Shown here: piece by piece, positions 9,010 through 18,344 of the stretch
Position numbering within the stretch: the first letter of the stretch is position 1
Layout: every line of letters begins with the position of its first letter
Assembly (NCBI GenBank): GCA_018816445.1
Contig: JAHIVO010000001.1
Span: forward strand, 8,354-72,353
Reading direction: 5' to 3'
DNA from: Patescibacteria group bacterium
GTDB lineage: Bacteria; Patescibacteriota; Patescibacteriia; UBA10025; JAHIVO01
Length of the DNA stretch: 64,000 nucleotides
Notes under the pieces: generated by a model
Told to the model about the DNA's origin: nothing
The model's input: only the letters and a program-made list of their open reading frames with translations
Database searches by the model: none
Program-made: the position numbers and the translations under genes

Positions 9010-9957
9010 TTAATCACTTTTATATTTTAAATCGTTTTGAATATAATCTTTAAGTGCTACTTGCCATTTTCTCATAAGATCTAGATTAATATCCTGCAAT
9101 TTACCGTTGATGGCTGTTAAGTTTTTTGCTCGTGGGGCTTTTTCCTTAAATTGACTAGAATTGATGGGAATGACCTTAATATTTTTTTTTCTAGCGTATT
9201 CAATGATTTTTTTTGCATATTGATAATAAGTAGCTGAACCATGACCGACTATATTATAAGTTCCGTAGTTTTCTGACATTATTAATTTTAACATGTTGGT
9301 TACGAGATCTTTAACATAGGTTGGCTGGATAAATCTATCATTAATCATTTTTAATTCATTTTCCTGTTCAATTAATTTTAGGATTTTACCGACAAATTTT
9401 TTATCGCGTTTTCTGCCGCCGAATAAAGCACCAATCCTAATCACATAATACTTATTTATTTTATATTTCTTTATTAGTTGTTCACCGAGCAGCTTGGTTT
9501 TTGAATAGTATCCTATTACTTTATTAAGTTTCGGTTGGTCCGTACGATCATCAAATATTTTGCCATCCTTACCATTATATACATAAAAAGTGCTTGGATA
9601 TACTAAGGTAGTGTTGATTTCTTTAACCGCCCGGCAGATATTTTTAACTCCATCTACATTAACATCTTTACATTTAGCTGGATTTTCTTCACACCAGTCC
9701 ACGTTGGTTATGGCTGCTAAATGTATTACAGTATCCGGCTTATATTGTTTAAACTTTTTTAATACTTGTTGATAATTAGTTACATCCATCTCTTCCAAAC
9801 CCAAATCAATATGGTTAATCCAGTGGTAATGGTCATTAAGCTGGTTAATAATTTCCTCACCAATTATTCCTTTTGCTCCGGTAATTAAATATGTCTGTTG
9901 CTTATCATTTTTTTGTTTTATCATAAAAAGAAAGATCAATATTATGCTCATCCCCAA
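9010..9957 (-). CDS. RmlD-family NDP-sugar 4-ketoreductase with a ~90-aa C-terminal extension
   Basis: 'VIHLAAITNVDWCEENP', 'VYPSTFYVYNG' and 'YSKTKLLGE' mirror RmlD blocks (VxxAA-T-VD…STDYVFDG…YGxTKLAGE). Confidence 0.55.
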   Translation of the reverse strand: MGMSIILIFLFMIKQKNDKQQTYLITGAKGIIGEEIINQLNDHYHWINHIDLGLEEMDVTNYQQVLKKFKQYKPDTVIHLAAITNVDWCEENPAKCKDVNVDGVKNICRAVKEINTTLVYPSTFYVYNGKDGKIFDDRTDQPKLNKVIGYYSKTKLLGEQLIKKYKINKYYVIRIGALFGGRKRDKKFVGKILKLIEQENELKMINDRFIQPTYVKDLVTNMLKLIMSENYGTYNIVGHGSATYYQYAKKIIEYARKKNIKVIPINSSQFKEKAPRAKNLTAINGKLQDINLDLMRKWQVALKDYIQNDLKYKSD

Positions 9958-10759
9958 GCTCGTTGATTTTATGCTTGTTCTTTTGGTAATATCTTAATGT
10001 GAAAAGCTTGATATGGATCATAAATTCATACCAAGCCATCATGCAGGCAATATAAAAACCATGCCAGCCATCTAGTAATCCTTTTTTGATAAAGTAGCGT
10101 CCAAAAAATTGTTTTGACATGTTTACACACATTTTTATAAAAATTATCCAATAACTTCTTGAACTTATTTTATTTATTCTTTCATACGAATCTAGGTTGG
10201 TATATTTTTTAAATCCCTCCAAAGTATCATTAACAGTAATATGTGAAAAATGAAGATGGGGAGATTTTAGTGTACCAATTTTGTATTTTTGATTATTATG
10301 TGGTATTAGTTTTTCATGAACAAGTATCTCCCCGTCCATGTGGAGTATTTTTTTATTGTATAATCTAGTATGGTATTGCGGATACCAATCACCGTGTTTA
10401 ATCCAGCGACCATAAAAAAAATCTAGGCACGGTACGTTATAGCCTACAAATTCAGCCATAGAATCTATATTTTTTAGCTCTTCTTTGAGATCATCTGGTA
10501 TAAACTCATCTATATCGAGCTGGAAAATCCAGTCATATTTAGCCTTTGAATTAGCTAAGTTTCTTTGTTTTGAATAACCCGGCCAGCAATTCTTATAAAT
10601 TCTGACATTTTTATACTTTTTCGCCAGCTCAACTGTCTTGTCAGTACTATAAGAATCAATTATAATAATATCATCGGAAATATCATAAATATTCTCAAGA
10701 CAACGTGAGATATTCAGTTCTTCGTTATAGGTAATTATACAGATTGAAAATTTTATCAT
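9905..10759 (-). CDS. GT2 glycosyltransferase
   Basis: 'FSICIITYNEELNI', 'IIIIDSYSTDKT' and 'LDIDEF'. Confidence 0.7.
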   Translation of the reverse strand: MIKFSICIITYNEELNISRCLENIYDISDDIIIIDSYSTDKTVELAKKYKNVRIYKNCWPGYSKQRNLANSKAKYDWIFQLDIDEFIPDDLKEELKNIDSMAEFVGYNVPCLDFFYGRWIKHGDWYPQYHTRLYNKKILHMDGEILVHEKLIPHNNQKYKIGTLKSPHLHFSHITVNDTLEGFKKYTNLDSYERINKISSRSYWIIFIKMCVNMSKQFFGRYFIKKGLLDGWHGFYIACMMAWYEFMIHIKLFTLRYYQKNKHKINELGDEHNIDLSFYDKTKK

Positions 10760-10892
10760 ATTGTTATTATCGAATATCCATTAATAGTGTGTAACTATAA
10801 AAAAGTATATCAGATTTTAAACTCATTGGAAACCTCGAGAGTTAGCACGGAAAAACGTACCAAAAAGAGACTCTTATACTTATCTCGCAAAA

Positions 10893-11861
10893 ATGAAAAA
10901 AACAACAAATATAAATAATTGTCCGATATGCAATAGTACATTAATTAATCGGGTAATTATTGCATATGATAAAACGATGCGAAGTCTTAGCTCATTATAT
11001 CCTTCAAATTTATTTTTTAAGGATTATAAAAAAATCTCGCTTCAAATCTATCAATGCCAAAGGTGTAGCTTTGCATTCTTGAATCCAAGATTATCAAGAG
11101 AGGGATTGAATCAATTATATGGGAATCTTTATAAAACAGTTTATTATGATGACAAAAGGCGTCATAAAGAATTCCAATATCAAGATTATTTTAAAAAACT
11201 AAAACATTTAAAAAAAGACGGCCCCGGGAAACTATTAGATTTTGGTTGTAATACAGGTGTATTCTTAAAGATTGCCCAAGATAATTGCTGGGACGTCATG
11301 GGTATAGAATTATCTTATCAAGCATCTCAGATAGCTAAAAAAAGGTTGGGAAATGATAGGATCATTACTGGTGCTATTGATGAATTAAAAAATCTAGACA
11401 TACAATTCGATATAATTTCGTTTTTAAACGTTCTCGAACATCTGCCAGATCCTAATTTATATATAAAAATTGCATCCAGAAAGTTATCTCCCGGCGGATT
11501 ATTATTTATCGTTGTTCCAAATTACGACAGTATCAGAAGAATTTTAATCGGTGAAAATTGGTCTCTCATTCTCCTAGAGCATATTAATTATTTCACTCGG
11601 GATTCCGTTGCGTATCTGGCATCTAATAATGGTCTAATTCTGAAACAAGGAGGTCCCATCGATTATGAAATATTTAACAGAGGATTTTTTGAAAAAATAA
11701 AAAAGATGTTTCGGAAAAATGAGGGCTCAAGTTATTCGTTTAGTTACGGACGCGATGCCTTAATAAAATTAGCATTCTTAGCATTAATAACTGATTTTGC
11801 GGGCCTGGCCATCAACCGCGGCGATTTTATTTATTATGTGATGGCTAAGAAATCCCTATAG
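10893..11861 (+). CDS. SAM-dependent methyltransferase with an N-terminal Cys4 zinc ribbon (NDP-sugar C-/O-methyltransferase-like)
   Basis: CPICNS…CQRCSF zinc ribbon, then 'LLDFGCNTGVFL' motif I and 'FDIISFLNVLEHLPDP'. Confidence 0.6.
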   Translation: MKKTTNINNCPICNSTLINRVIIAYDKTMRSLSSLYPSNLFFKDYKKISLQIYQCQRCSFAFLNPRLSREGLNQLYGNLYKTVYYDDKRRHKEFQYQDYFKKLKHLKKDGPGKLLDFGCNTGVFLKIAQDNCWDVMGIELSYQASQIAKKRLGNDRIITGAIDELKNLDIQFDIISFLNVLEHLPDPNLYIKIASRKLSPGGLLFIVVPNYDSIRRILIGENWSLILLEHINYFTRDSVAYLASNNGLILKQGGPIDYEIFNRGFFEKIKKMFRKNEGSSYSFSYGRDALIKLAFLALITDFAGLAINRGDFIYYVMAKKSL

Positions 11862-12572
11862 TTAATGTTTATTTATTATCGAAACCATACTACTGTCCCT
11901 GAATGGTACTGGTTCGGTAAAGGTATAATCAGGAAATCTTAACTTAATATCTTCCAAAGACCAAAAGTGTACATAAAAAAGATGTTTTTTACCAACTTTT
12001 TTAATTGGTGCCAAAATAAAAACGCCGTGATCAGCCAAACAATTTTTAACATTATTCAATGCAAAAGACAATTTAGAGTCTTTAACAATGTGTTGGATAA
12101 CGTCAATCATTAAAATTAGATTAAACCTACCGTTTATTTTGTCGGTACTGACATCCTTTTTCGTAAATTCGAAGTTGAGAAATTTTTCTTTTAGATTTGG
12201 AAACAGCGAATCGGTTATATCCAGTCCCGTATAATTTTTTACGCCTAAATCATAAAGCAGCTGGGCGTAGAAGCCATTTCCACAGCCGATATCCAAGACC
12301 GATGCTGATTTGAAGTCTATGTTTTGTTCTTGACATAAATCTACTACAACTTTGGCAGCCTCAGCATACATAATCTTATTATCCTGTTCAGGCAGACCTT
12401 CATCGCCCACTCCCCTAATAGCCATCTTGTATTTTGAGAATCTATCGTGCCAATACCGAGACGCATTGTAATCATCACCACTACCATATTTCATGGGTCC
12501 AATTATTAGTTTATAAATTACATTCTTAATAAAAACCAGGGGATTTCTAATAAATTTTGGTATGGAGTTCAT
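11862..12572 (-). CDS. Class I SAM-dependent methyltransferase
   Basis: 'VLDIGCGNGFYAQ' motif I and 'FNLILMIDVIQHI'. Confidence 0.7.
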   Translation of the reverse strand: MNSIPKFIRNPLVFIKNVIYKLIIGPMKYGSGDDYNASRYWHDRFSKYKMAIRGVGDEGLPEQDNKIMYAEAAKVVVDLCQEQNIDFKSASVLDIGCGNGFYAQLLYDLGVKNYTGLDITDSLFPNLKEKFLNFEFTKKDVSTDKINGRFNLILMIDVIQHIVKDSKLSFALNNVKNCLADHGVFILAPIKKVGKKHLFYVHFWSLEDIKLRFPDYTFTEPVPFRDSSMVSIINKH

Positions 12573-12600
12573 ATTATTTATCTTTAATTAATTTAATATA

Positions 12601-14469
12601 TTATTGAAATTCATAAATGAAATATTTTAGTTCATTTATTTTAGGAATAGCTGGAGGAAATTGAGTATCATCGTAAGTAACAAGTAGCCTAGTGAAATTT
12701 AATGAAAAATCATCAATTTTGTTTAGATTATCATTATTAAATAAATAATTAATATTGTCCTCGGAGTCATTATCAACAGAGGAAATTACATATATGTTTT
12801 TATTTGATGATTTATTTATATATTCTTTTATAGCTGAAATATCAATATAGGGAGTTTTTTCTTGATGATAAGCTGGCCAAATGATACCGTCTAAGCCATA
12901 GTGGTATTTTAATATGGCAGTGAATCTCCCAATTGTGTCATAATAATTTGTTGGCATAATTACAATATCGTTTGGAGTAAATTTATTTGCAATATTTGAC
13001 AATTGTTTGCCCTGGTTACGATTTTCTGAATAGAAAAAAATTTTAGATAAGAATATAATATTTAATAATAAAATAATTATTACTAAACTTATCGGTATTA
13101 TATTAATTTTATTGAATTTTTTTAATGCTTGGAATTCAATTCTTTTTATATCTACAATAACAATAGAAGCTAATAACATTACGTAAGGGATAAAGATAGC
13201 CCAATATCTTCTAAGGGCCCAGGGTTGATCCCTGGCGATTAAAGGATCGTAAAGATAAAGAAAACTTGGCAAAACAATTATAGTTATTAAAAAAATAATA
13301 AATTTATATTGTCTTTTGTAGAGACCAATTAAAGAAAGTATGATATAGGGAAGAATTAGATAGAAAAATAAAATTGAGAATACATAATTTATATCACCAA
13401 GTTTATCAACCTCTTTGATCCTATATGTACTTGTACTAATAAAATTTTCTTGTATAAAAACATTATCTGCCATAGTAGGAATGATTTTCGTAGAGAAAAC
13501 TACCAATGGGCGTACAACAAATCTAGCTACATGCATAATTTGAGCGTAAGAGGGGGGCAGAAAAAATACTATATATCCGATAAAAATACAAATCAAAAAT
13601 AAAATAACTAGCAGAATATTTTTATTGATTTTTTGATTGGGCCATTTATTTTTTTGATAATTATTTATTATAATTATTACTATCAAAAAGGTAAAAAGAT
13701 GGAAAATTCCCTCAACCCTTACAAAAAGTGTGACTAATATTGGAATTAAACTAGATAATACAAACGAAAGATTTTTATTATAATATCCTTTTATTAGTAA
13801 ATATATGCCAAACCAAAAGAGAAAAAGCATAATATTTTCGGAAAGTGTTTGACGGCTGAAATATATTGTTAAGTAATGGGAAGCAAAAAAGAGTACGAAT
13901 AAAATTCCCGCCCATTTATTTTTTATTGATTTTCCCAAAAAATAAAAGATACAAAGGGACAAAAATAGAAGTAAACTATTTGCCAAAAAGAGCCCTAATA
14001 GTCCGCCCCACGTATAAAATAATGCTAAATATACTGGATATCCAATAATTCTACTTAATACCAATTGATTACTGAAGGTTGATTTAATTGATCCACTATA
14101 GCTAAAGCTTGGATCAAGATTAATTTTTCCCTCGTGAGATAAAATTACCGCATTAGCTACATAACCACCATAATCCCTGGTAGCACCAAGGTTTTCATAA
14201 TAAAAAAGACCATTAACAATTGAAAATATCAGTAATAATAATATTAGAGCAACTTCAAATTTTATAACTTTATTATTACTTTTTTTACGATACCTTTTGA
14301 AATGATACCAGATTAAAAATAATATAAATATTCCAATTATTATTGGCGCGATCCATTGTGCAAAGATTTGAAAAACTTCAAAAAAAGAGCTTATTATGCC
14401 GGCGATTATCAGTCCAATTACAAAAAATGATATTTTTACAATATTTTTTTCAATAATATTTTCATTCAT
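12601..14469 (-). CDS. GT-C-like polytopic membrane glycosyltransferase (PMT/ArnT-like); paralog of 46458..48122
   Basis: About 12 or more predicted TM helices over 622 aa. The N-terminal half resembles 46458..48122 (the FYFLGKSIKNK / FYLLIKEVFNKK region). Confidence 0.45.
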   Translation of the reverse strand: MNENIIEKNIVKISFFVIGLIIAGIISSFFEVFQIFAQWIAPIIIGIFILFLIWYHFKRYRKKSNNKVIKFEVALILLLLIFSIVNGLFYYENLGATRDYGGYVANAVILSHEGKINLDPSFSYSGSIKSTFSNQLVLSRIIGYPVYLALFYTWGGLLGLFLANSLLLFLSLCIFYFLGKSIKNKWAGILFVLFFASHYLTIYFSRQTLSENIMLFLFWFGIYLLIKGYYNKNLSFVLSSLIPILVTLFVRVEGIFHLFTFLIVIIIINNYQKNKWPNQKINKNILLVILFLICIFIGYIVFFLPPSYAQIMHVARFVVRPLVVFSTKIIPTMADNVFIQENFISTSTYRIKEVDKLGDINYVFSILFFYLILPYIILSLIGLYKRQYKFIIFLITIIVLPSFLYLYDPLIARDQPWALRRYWAIFIPYVMLLASIVIVDIKRIEFQALKKFNKINIIPISLVIIILLLNIIFLSKIFFYSENRNQGKQLSNIANKFTPNDIVIMPTNYYDTIGRFTAILKYHYGLDGIIWPAYHQEKTPYIDISAIKEYINKSSNKNIYVISSVDNDSEDNINYLFNNDNLNKIDDFSLNFTRLLVTYDDTQFPPAIPKINELKYFIYEFQ

Positions 14470-14474
14470 TAGTA

Positions 14475-15980
14475 TTATACCTTCTCAATTATTGCTTCTG
14501 AAATCGGATGACCATCAAAAATATTAGATTGTTCAATATTCATTAGCTTGAATATTGTAGGCGCAATGTCTATAATATTGTTCTGCTTTAATTCCATATT
14601 TGTTTTAATATCCGGTCCGTAGGAAATGAATATTCCGTCAAGGCTGTGATATTGAAATTTTCCTTTAACAAAAGCAGGACCCATAATACTTTTTATCAGA
14701 TATTTTGAAGAATATAATATTATATCCGGCCCATTTCTCACCTGTCTGCCAGAATATATTTTTTGTGAATCTGCTACAACGTCAAATACACGATCCTTAT
14801 TGTCAGGTCCTTTTATCTTGGTGAGTTTATCAATAATCTCTTGTTTAATTTTTTTATATTCATTATCATTGTCAATAATTCCATTTGAAAATCTGCCTTT
14901 ACGGTTTAGATAGATTAAGTTTGATAAGCTATATACAGATGAATTAAGTGTATCAATGCCAATATCCTGGTCTACATATATTGGTAATATTTTTTTAATT
15001 TTGTCATATATTTTTTTCGCAAACTTGAATATAGTGGGATATTTCCACATAAAGGAAGTCAGACCAGACAGATTTAAATTTAATGCTTTTTTTGCAGATT
15101 TATCTCTGCTTTCTGAAATTTTACCGAAATCAATATGCTTTTTATTTTTTGATTTAAATTGCAGATAATTTTCTTTAGCCAGCCATTCATTCAAAAAGAA
15201 TACTCCTTTCAAATCAGAAAAACCGTGATCAGACATAACTAGTAAGTTAGTATTTGCCGGCAAGTTATCCGCGAACCACCCAAGGTAGCTATCAATATCT
15301 TGGTAAATATTTATTACTGACTGATTCTTTTTAAGATCTTGATTAATTAAATCATGATATTTTGTATGTTGTATCCAGTCTGTACCGCTAAAAAGGACGA
15401 AGAAAAAATCCCATGGTTTATTTTTGAATAGTTTTTGTGCACATTTAAACCTTGTCTGTTCAATGTCACGTATCTCATGAATATGCTCTTTCAGTTTACG
15501 TTCTTTTTTTCCTTCTGGAGCTAATTTATATTTGGTGAACTCAGGGATTTCATCAATTAATTTTTTAGGAAAAACAAAGTCATCTCCGCGCGTGAGCAAA
15601 CTTGTTATAACTATTTCAGATAATTTTGGGGGAAAAGATACAGGTAAATTAACTAAAATACATTTTTTTCCAATTTCATCCAACTGTTCGTAAAAGGTTT
15701 TTACTTTTATTGAATTACTTGAAATAGGTGCATAGTCGTCAAGATCATTCTCTGGCGTCACGAATTCAAAACAACCGTGCTGACCAGGATTTGCACCCGT
15801 TGCAAATGACGTCCAGGCAGGTGCAGTAACTGGGGGTAGGGTAGTTCTAAGGGAGCTGAATGATCCATTTTCCTTAATTTTTTTTATATTGGGCAAGAAA
15901 CCCCCGTCAATTAGTTTATTGATCAATTGCCAATTTACTCCGTCTAGGCCTATGACTATTACTTTTTTACTATTATTCAT
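14475..15980 (-). CDS. Alkaline-phosphatase-superfamily protein (type I phosphodiesterase / nucleotide pyrophosphatase, PF01663-like)
   Basis: 'VIVIGLDGVNW' and 'LPPVTAPAWTSFATGANPGQHG', the metal-ligand and catalytic Thr/Ser region of NPP/AP-family enzymes; 'SDHGF' later. Confidence 0.6.
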   Translation of the reverse strand: MNNSKKVIVIGLDGVNWQLINKLIDGGFLPNIKKIKENGSFSSLRTTLPPVTAPAWTSFATGANPGQHGCFEFVTPENDLDDYAPISSNSIKVKTFYEQLDEIGKKCILVNLPVSFPPKLSEIVITSLLTRGDDFVFPKKLIDEIPEFTKYKLAPEGKKERKLKEHIHEIRDIEQTRFKCAQKLFKNKPWDFFFVLFSGTDWIQHTKYHDLINQDLKKNQSVINIYQDIDSYLGWFADNLPANTNLLVMSDHGFSDLKGVFFLNEWLAKENYLQFKSKNKKHIDFGKISESRDKSAKKALNLNLSGLTSFMWKYPTIFKFAKKIYDKIKKILPIYVDQDIGIDTLNSSVYSLSNLIYLNRKGRFSNGIIDNDNEYKKIKQEIIDKLTKIKGPDNKDRVFDVVADSQKIYSGRQVRNGPDIILYSSKYLIKSIMGPAFVKGKFQYHSLDGIFISYGPDIKTNMELKQNNIIDIAPTIFKLMNIEQSNIFDGHPISEAIIEKV

Positions 15981-15994
15981 GCTGAATATGTGTA

Positions 15995-17458
15995 TTAAAT
16001 GTCAGTTTTTTTATTAATATTTTTACCAGTAAAAAAATTCCTTAGTATTAATATATCATTTTTTGAGAATTCTTTAAACATTACTAAGGTGATCAGATAT
16101 ATCAATACTAGTATTGAATATAATGCTAATATTTTAAAATTAGAAAAATCCAATTCGGTAATCAATACCTTACAAACTATTCCAACTACTAAGGAGGCAA
16201 TAATAATTTTAATAATGGAAATCCAGTTAGTGATTTTATTAATTTTTTTCCAAACGTAAATATATGAAAACAACAAACCAATCACCCCAACGAATGTTGT
16301 TGCCCAGGCAGCACCATTTATGCCATACTTTGGTATTAACAGCAAATTAGCGGCTATACTGGCAAGAATAAGCATGATAGTAAGGTATAATGACATCTTT
16401 TGCTGGCCTATAGAAATAATAATTGTCATCATAACCCTGGTTAAGGCTAACAATGACATGCCAAATACCAGAATACTAAAGGACGTTATGGCAGGGTTAT
16501 ATTTGTCGGAAAATATTAACGGAATTAAATTACCTGCGGTTAAGCTAGCAATAATAGTTAAAGGTCCAAGAATAATCAAACTTAGTCGGATGGCTTGCTT
16601 AATATTTTCCCTAACTTTTTCAATAAGGTTCTTATAATAATAGCCTGAAATAATTGGCAGTAAACTGATAACAAAGCCAGCTAAAATTATATATAAAAAT
16701 CTAGATAAAGTAGTAGCGGAATTGTAATAGCCAGCCGAATCTTGATTATTAGAAAAATACTTTACAAGAAATAAATCTATACTCATCAATAAAGGAAAGC
16801 CAAAAGCATAAAAGGAAATAGTAATAGTTGTATTAAATAACTTTTTTCCGGGAAAATGATCTAGTCCATTTTTAATTTTTGTAAACGACATAGCGGTAAT
16901 TAAAGATACTAGGGCGGCAAGAAAATACGCTAATAATATTGCATCTAAGTCTAAGCCCATTAGTAAAAAGATTACAACTAATACCAGTTTACTTATAGCG
17001 GCAATAATAGCAATTAATGATTGTTTATTAAAACGTTTTAAGCCATTTAAAACGCCAATATATACTGTTCTGATGCCGTAGAGCGGTATTAATAGAGCGG
17101 AAAGTCTAATGTAGTATGCCATTTGAGGATCACCAAACCCCCGGCTGATCAGATCGGCTAAGCCGTAATAAATCAAGGCAATTATCGGAGTTAATATGAT
17201 CTCAATCTTTAAACTTTTTCTTAAAATTGTTTTTGCTGCAGTTTCCTTCTCAGCGATACTGCGGCTAATTCCTTGAAAAAATCCTGAGGTTAGTATAGTA
17301 TTAAGAAGATTTATCAGATATATAACAATTCCAAAAGTTCCATATAAAGCTGGATCAAAAAAACGTCCTATTAATATCTGTATAATATAACCGCTTCCCA
17401 TAAAAATTAGATTTGCAAAAGTAAGGTAAGCGGCGCCTTTAAATAATAAATTATTCAT
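15995..17458 (-). CDS. Wzx-type oligosaccharide flippase (MOP/polysaccharide biosynthesis protein family)
   Basis: 487 aa with about 12-14 TM helices and polysaccharide-biosynthesis-protein family architecture. Confidence 0.65.
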   Translation of the reverse strand: MNNLLFKGAAYLTFANLIFMGSGYIIQILIGRFFDPALYGTFGIVIYLINLLNTILTSGFFQGISRSIAEKETAAKTILRKSLKIEIILTPIIALIYYGLADLISRGFGDPQMAYYIRLSALLIPLYGIRTVYIGVLNGLKRFNKQSLIAIIAAISKLVLVVIFLLMGLDLDAILLAYFLAALVSLITAMSFTKIKNGLDHFPGKKLFNTTITISFYAFGFPLLMSIDLFLVKYFSNNQDSAGYYNSATTLSRFLYIILAGFVISLLPIISGYYYKNLIEKVRENIKQAIRLSLIILGPLTIIASLTAGNLIPLIFSDKYNPAITSFSILVFGMSLLALTRVMMTIIISIGQQKMSLYLTIMLILASIAANLLLIPKYGINGAAWATTFVGVIGLLFSYIYVWKKINKITNWISIIKIIIASLVVGIVCKVLITELDFSNFKILALYSILVLIYLITLVMFKEFSKNDILILRNFFTGKNINKKTDI

Positions 17459-17527
17459 ATTTATTGAAAACTACAATTATTCATAATTAATAAAAAGACA
17501 GAAGTTTTTTATTTAATAATTGGGGAA

Positions 17528-17980
17528 ATGATATATTATCATATGGAGAATAAAAGCAATATGATAAGGTTATTTAAACCAACAACAATTAAGAATATAA
17601 TAGAATATTTCAGAGAGATATCACGACTTATTTTTGTAATATTAATAATAATATATTTATTAAGCCTAATTGTAGATAATTACTGGGAAGGTTTTTTTTC
17701 AAGCACTTTTAGTTTAAATATTATTTTATTGATGACCGTGATAGCTGGGATATTTACCATCATTACAGGGGAGGGCAGGAAGTCTAAATTTAATGTTAAT
17801 ATCCAATCTAATTTTAAAAGAAATTTTTTAAAGATGCCGTTAGTATTATTTATCACCTTACTGGTAATTGTAATGACAGTAAATGTTTTTGAAAATATAG
17901 AATTTTTTGAAATAATTTTAACTATATTAATTGGTATACTATCAGCGCTTATTATATCAATATTATTCATTAATGAATAA
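17528..17980 (+). CDS. Small hypothetical membrane protein (3-4 TM)
   Basis: Hydrophobic ORF with no recognisable motif. Confidence 0.35.
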   Translation: MIYYHMENKSNMIRLFKPTTIKNIIEYFREISRLIFVILIIIYLLSLIVDNYWEGFFSSTFSLNIILLMTVIAGIFTIITGEGRKSKFNVNIQSNFKRNFLKMPLVLFITLLVIVMTVNVFENIEFFEIILTILIGILSALIISILFINE

Positions 17981-18024
17981 TTAACACTCATTAATTGATA
18001 TGATATGATGGTATGATGTTTAAT

Positions 18025-18309
18025 TTAGAGGTATCCCAAGCTTTTTAATCTTTCCTTAACTGATTCGTCATCATCTTTACTAAATTTTTTATCTGTATCT
18101 TGTTTTGGTTGCTTAAGAACTTCTTCTAACACAAAATTAACAAATCCCTCAACAGAAGAAAATTCACTTGAGGATTTTATTTTTTTTTGAATTTGTTGAA
18201 ATATTTTTTCGTCCAGTTTAATTGAATTCATTTTTTTATAATTAATGCTTATTAAATTATTATTTACAATAACCTCAGAAAACCAAATTCCAAATACGTT
18301 CGTGAGCAT
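18025..18309 (-). CDS. Small ribbon-helix-helix (CopG-like) protein with a CysD-like C-terminal tail; paralog of 21202..21420
   Basis: 'NSIKLDEKIFQQIQKKI…SSEFSSVEGFVNFVLEEVL' has RHH strand-helix-turn-helix topology. The C-terminus 'KKFSKDDDESVKERLKSLGYL' resembles the other RHH protein and the CysD C-terminus. Confidence 0.5.
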   Translation of the reverse strand: MLTNVFGIWFSEVIVNNNLISINYKKMNSIKLDEKIFQQIQKKIKSSSEFSSVEGFVNFVLEEVLKQPKQDTDKKFSKDDDESVKERLKSLGYL

Positions 18310-18344
18310 AATTATGCATCTCTTTTAAATTTATATTTATATTA

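Noticed and set aside
15999-16637. 86- and 105-aa plus-strand ORFs inside the Wzx flippase gene
   Set aside because: They are antisense to a 487-aa multi-TM CDS and their translations are Ile/Leu/Asn-rich artefacts of AT-rich sequence.
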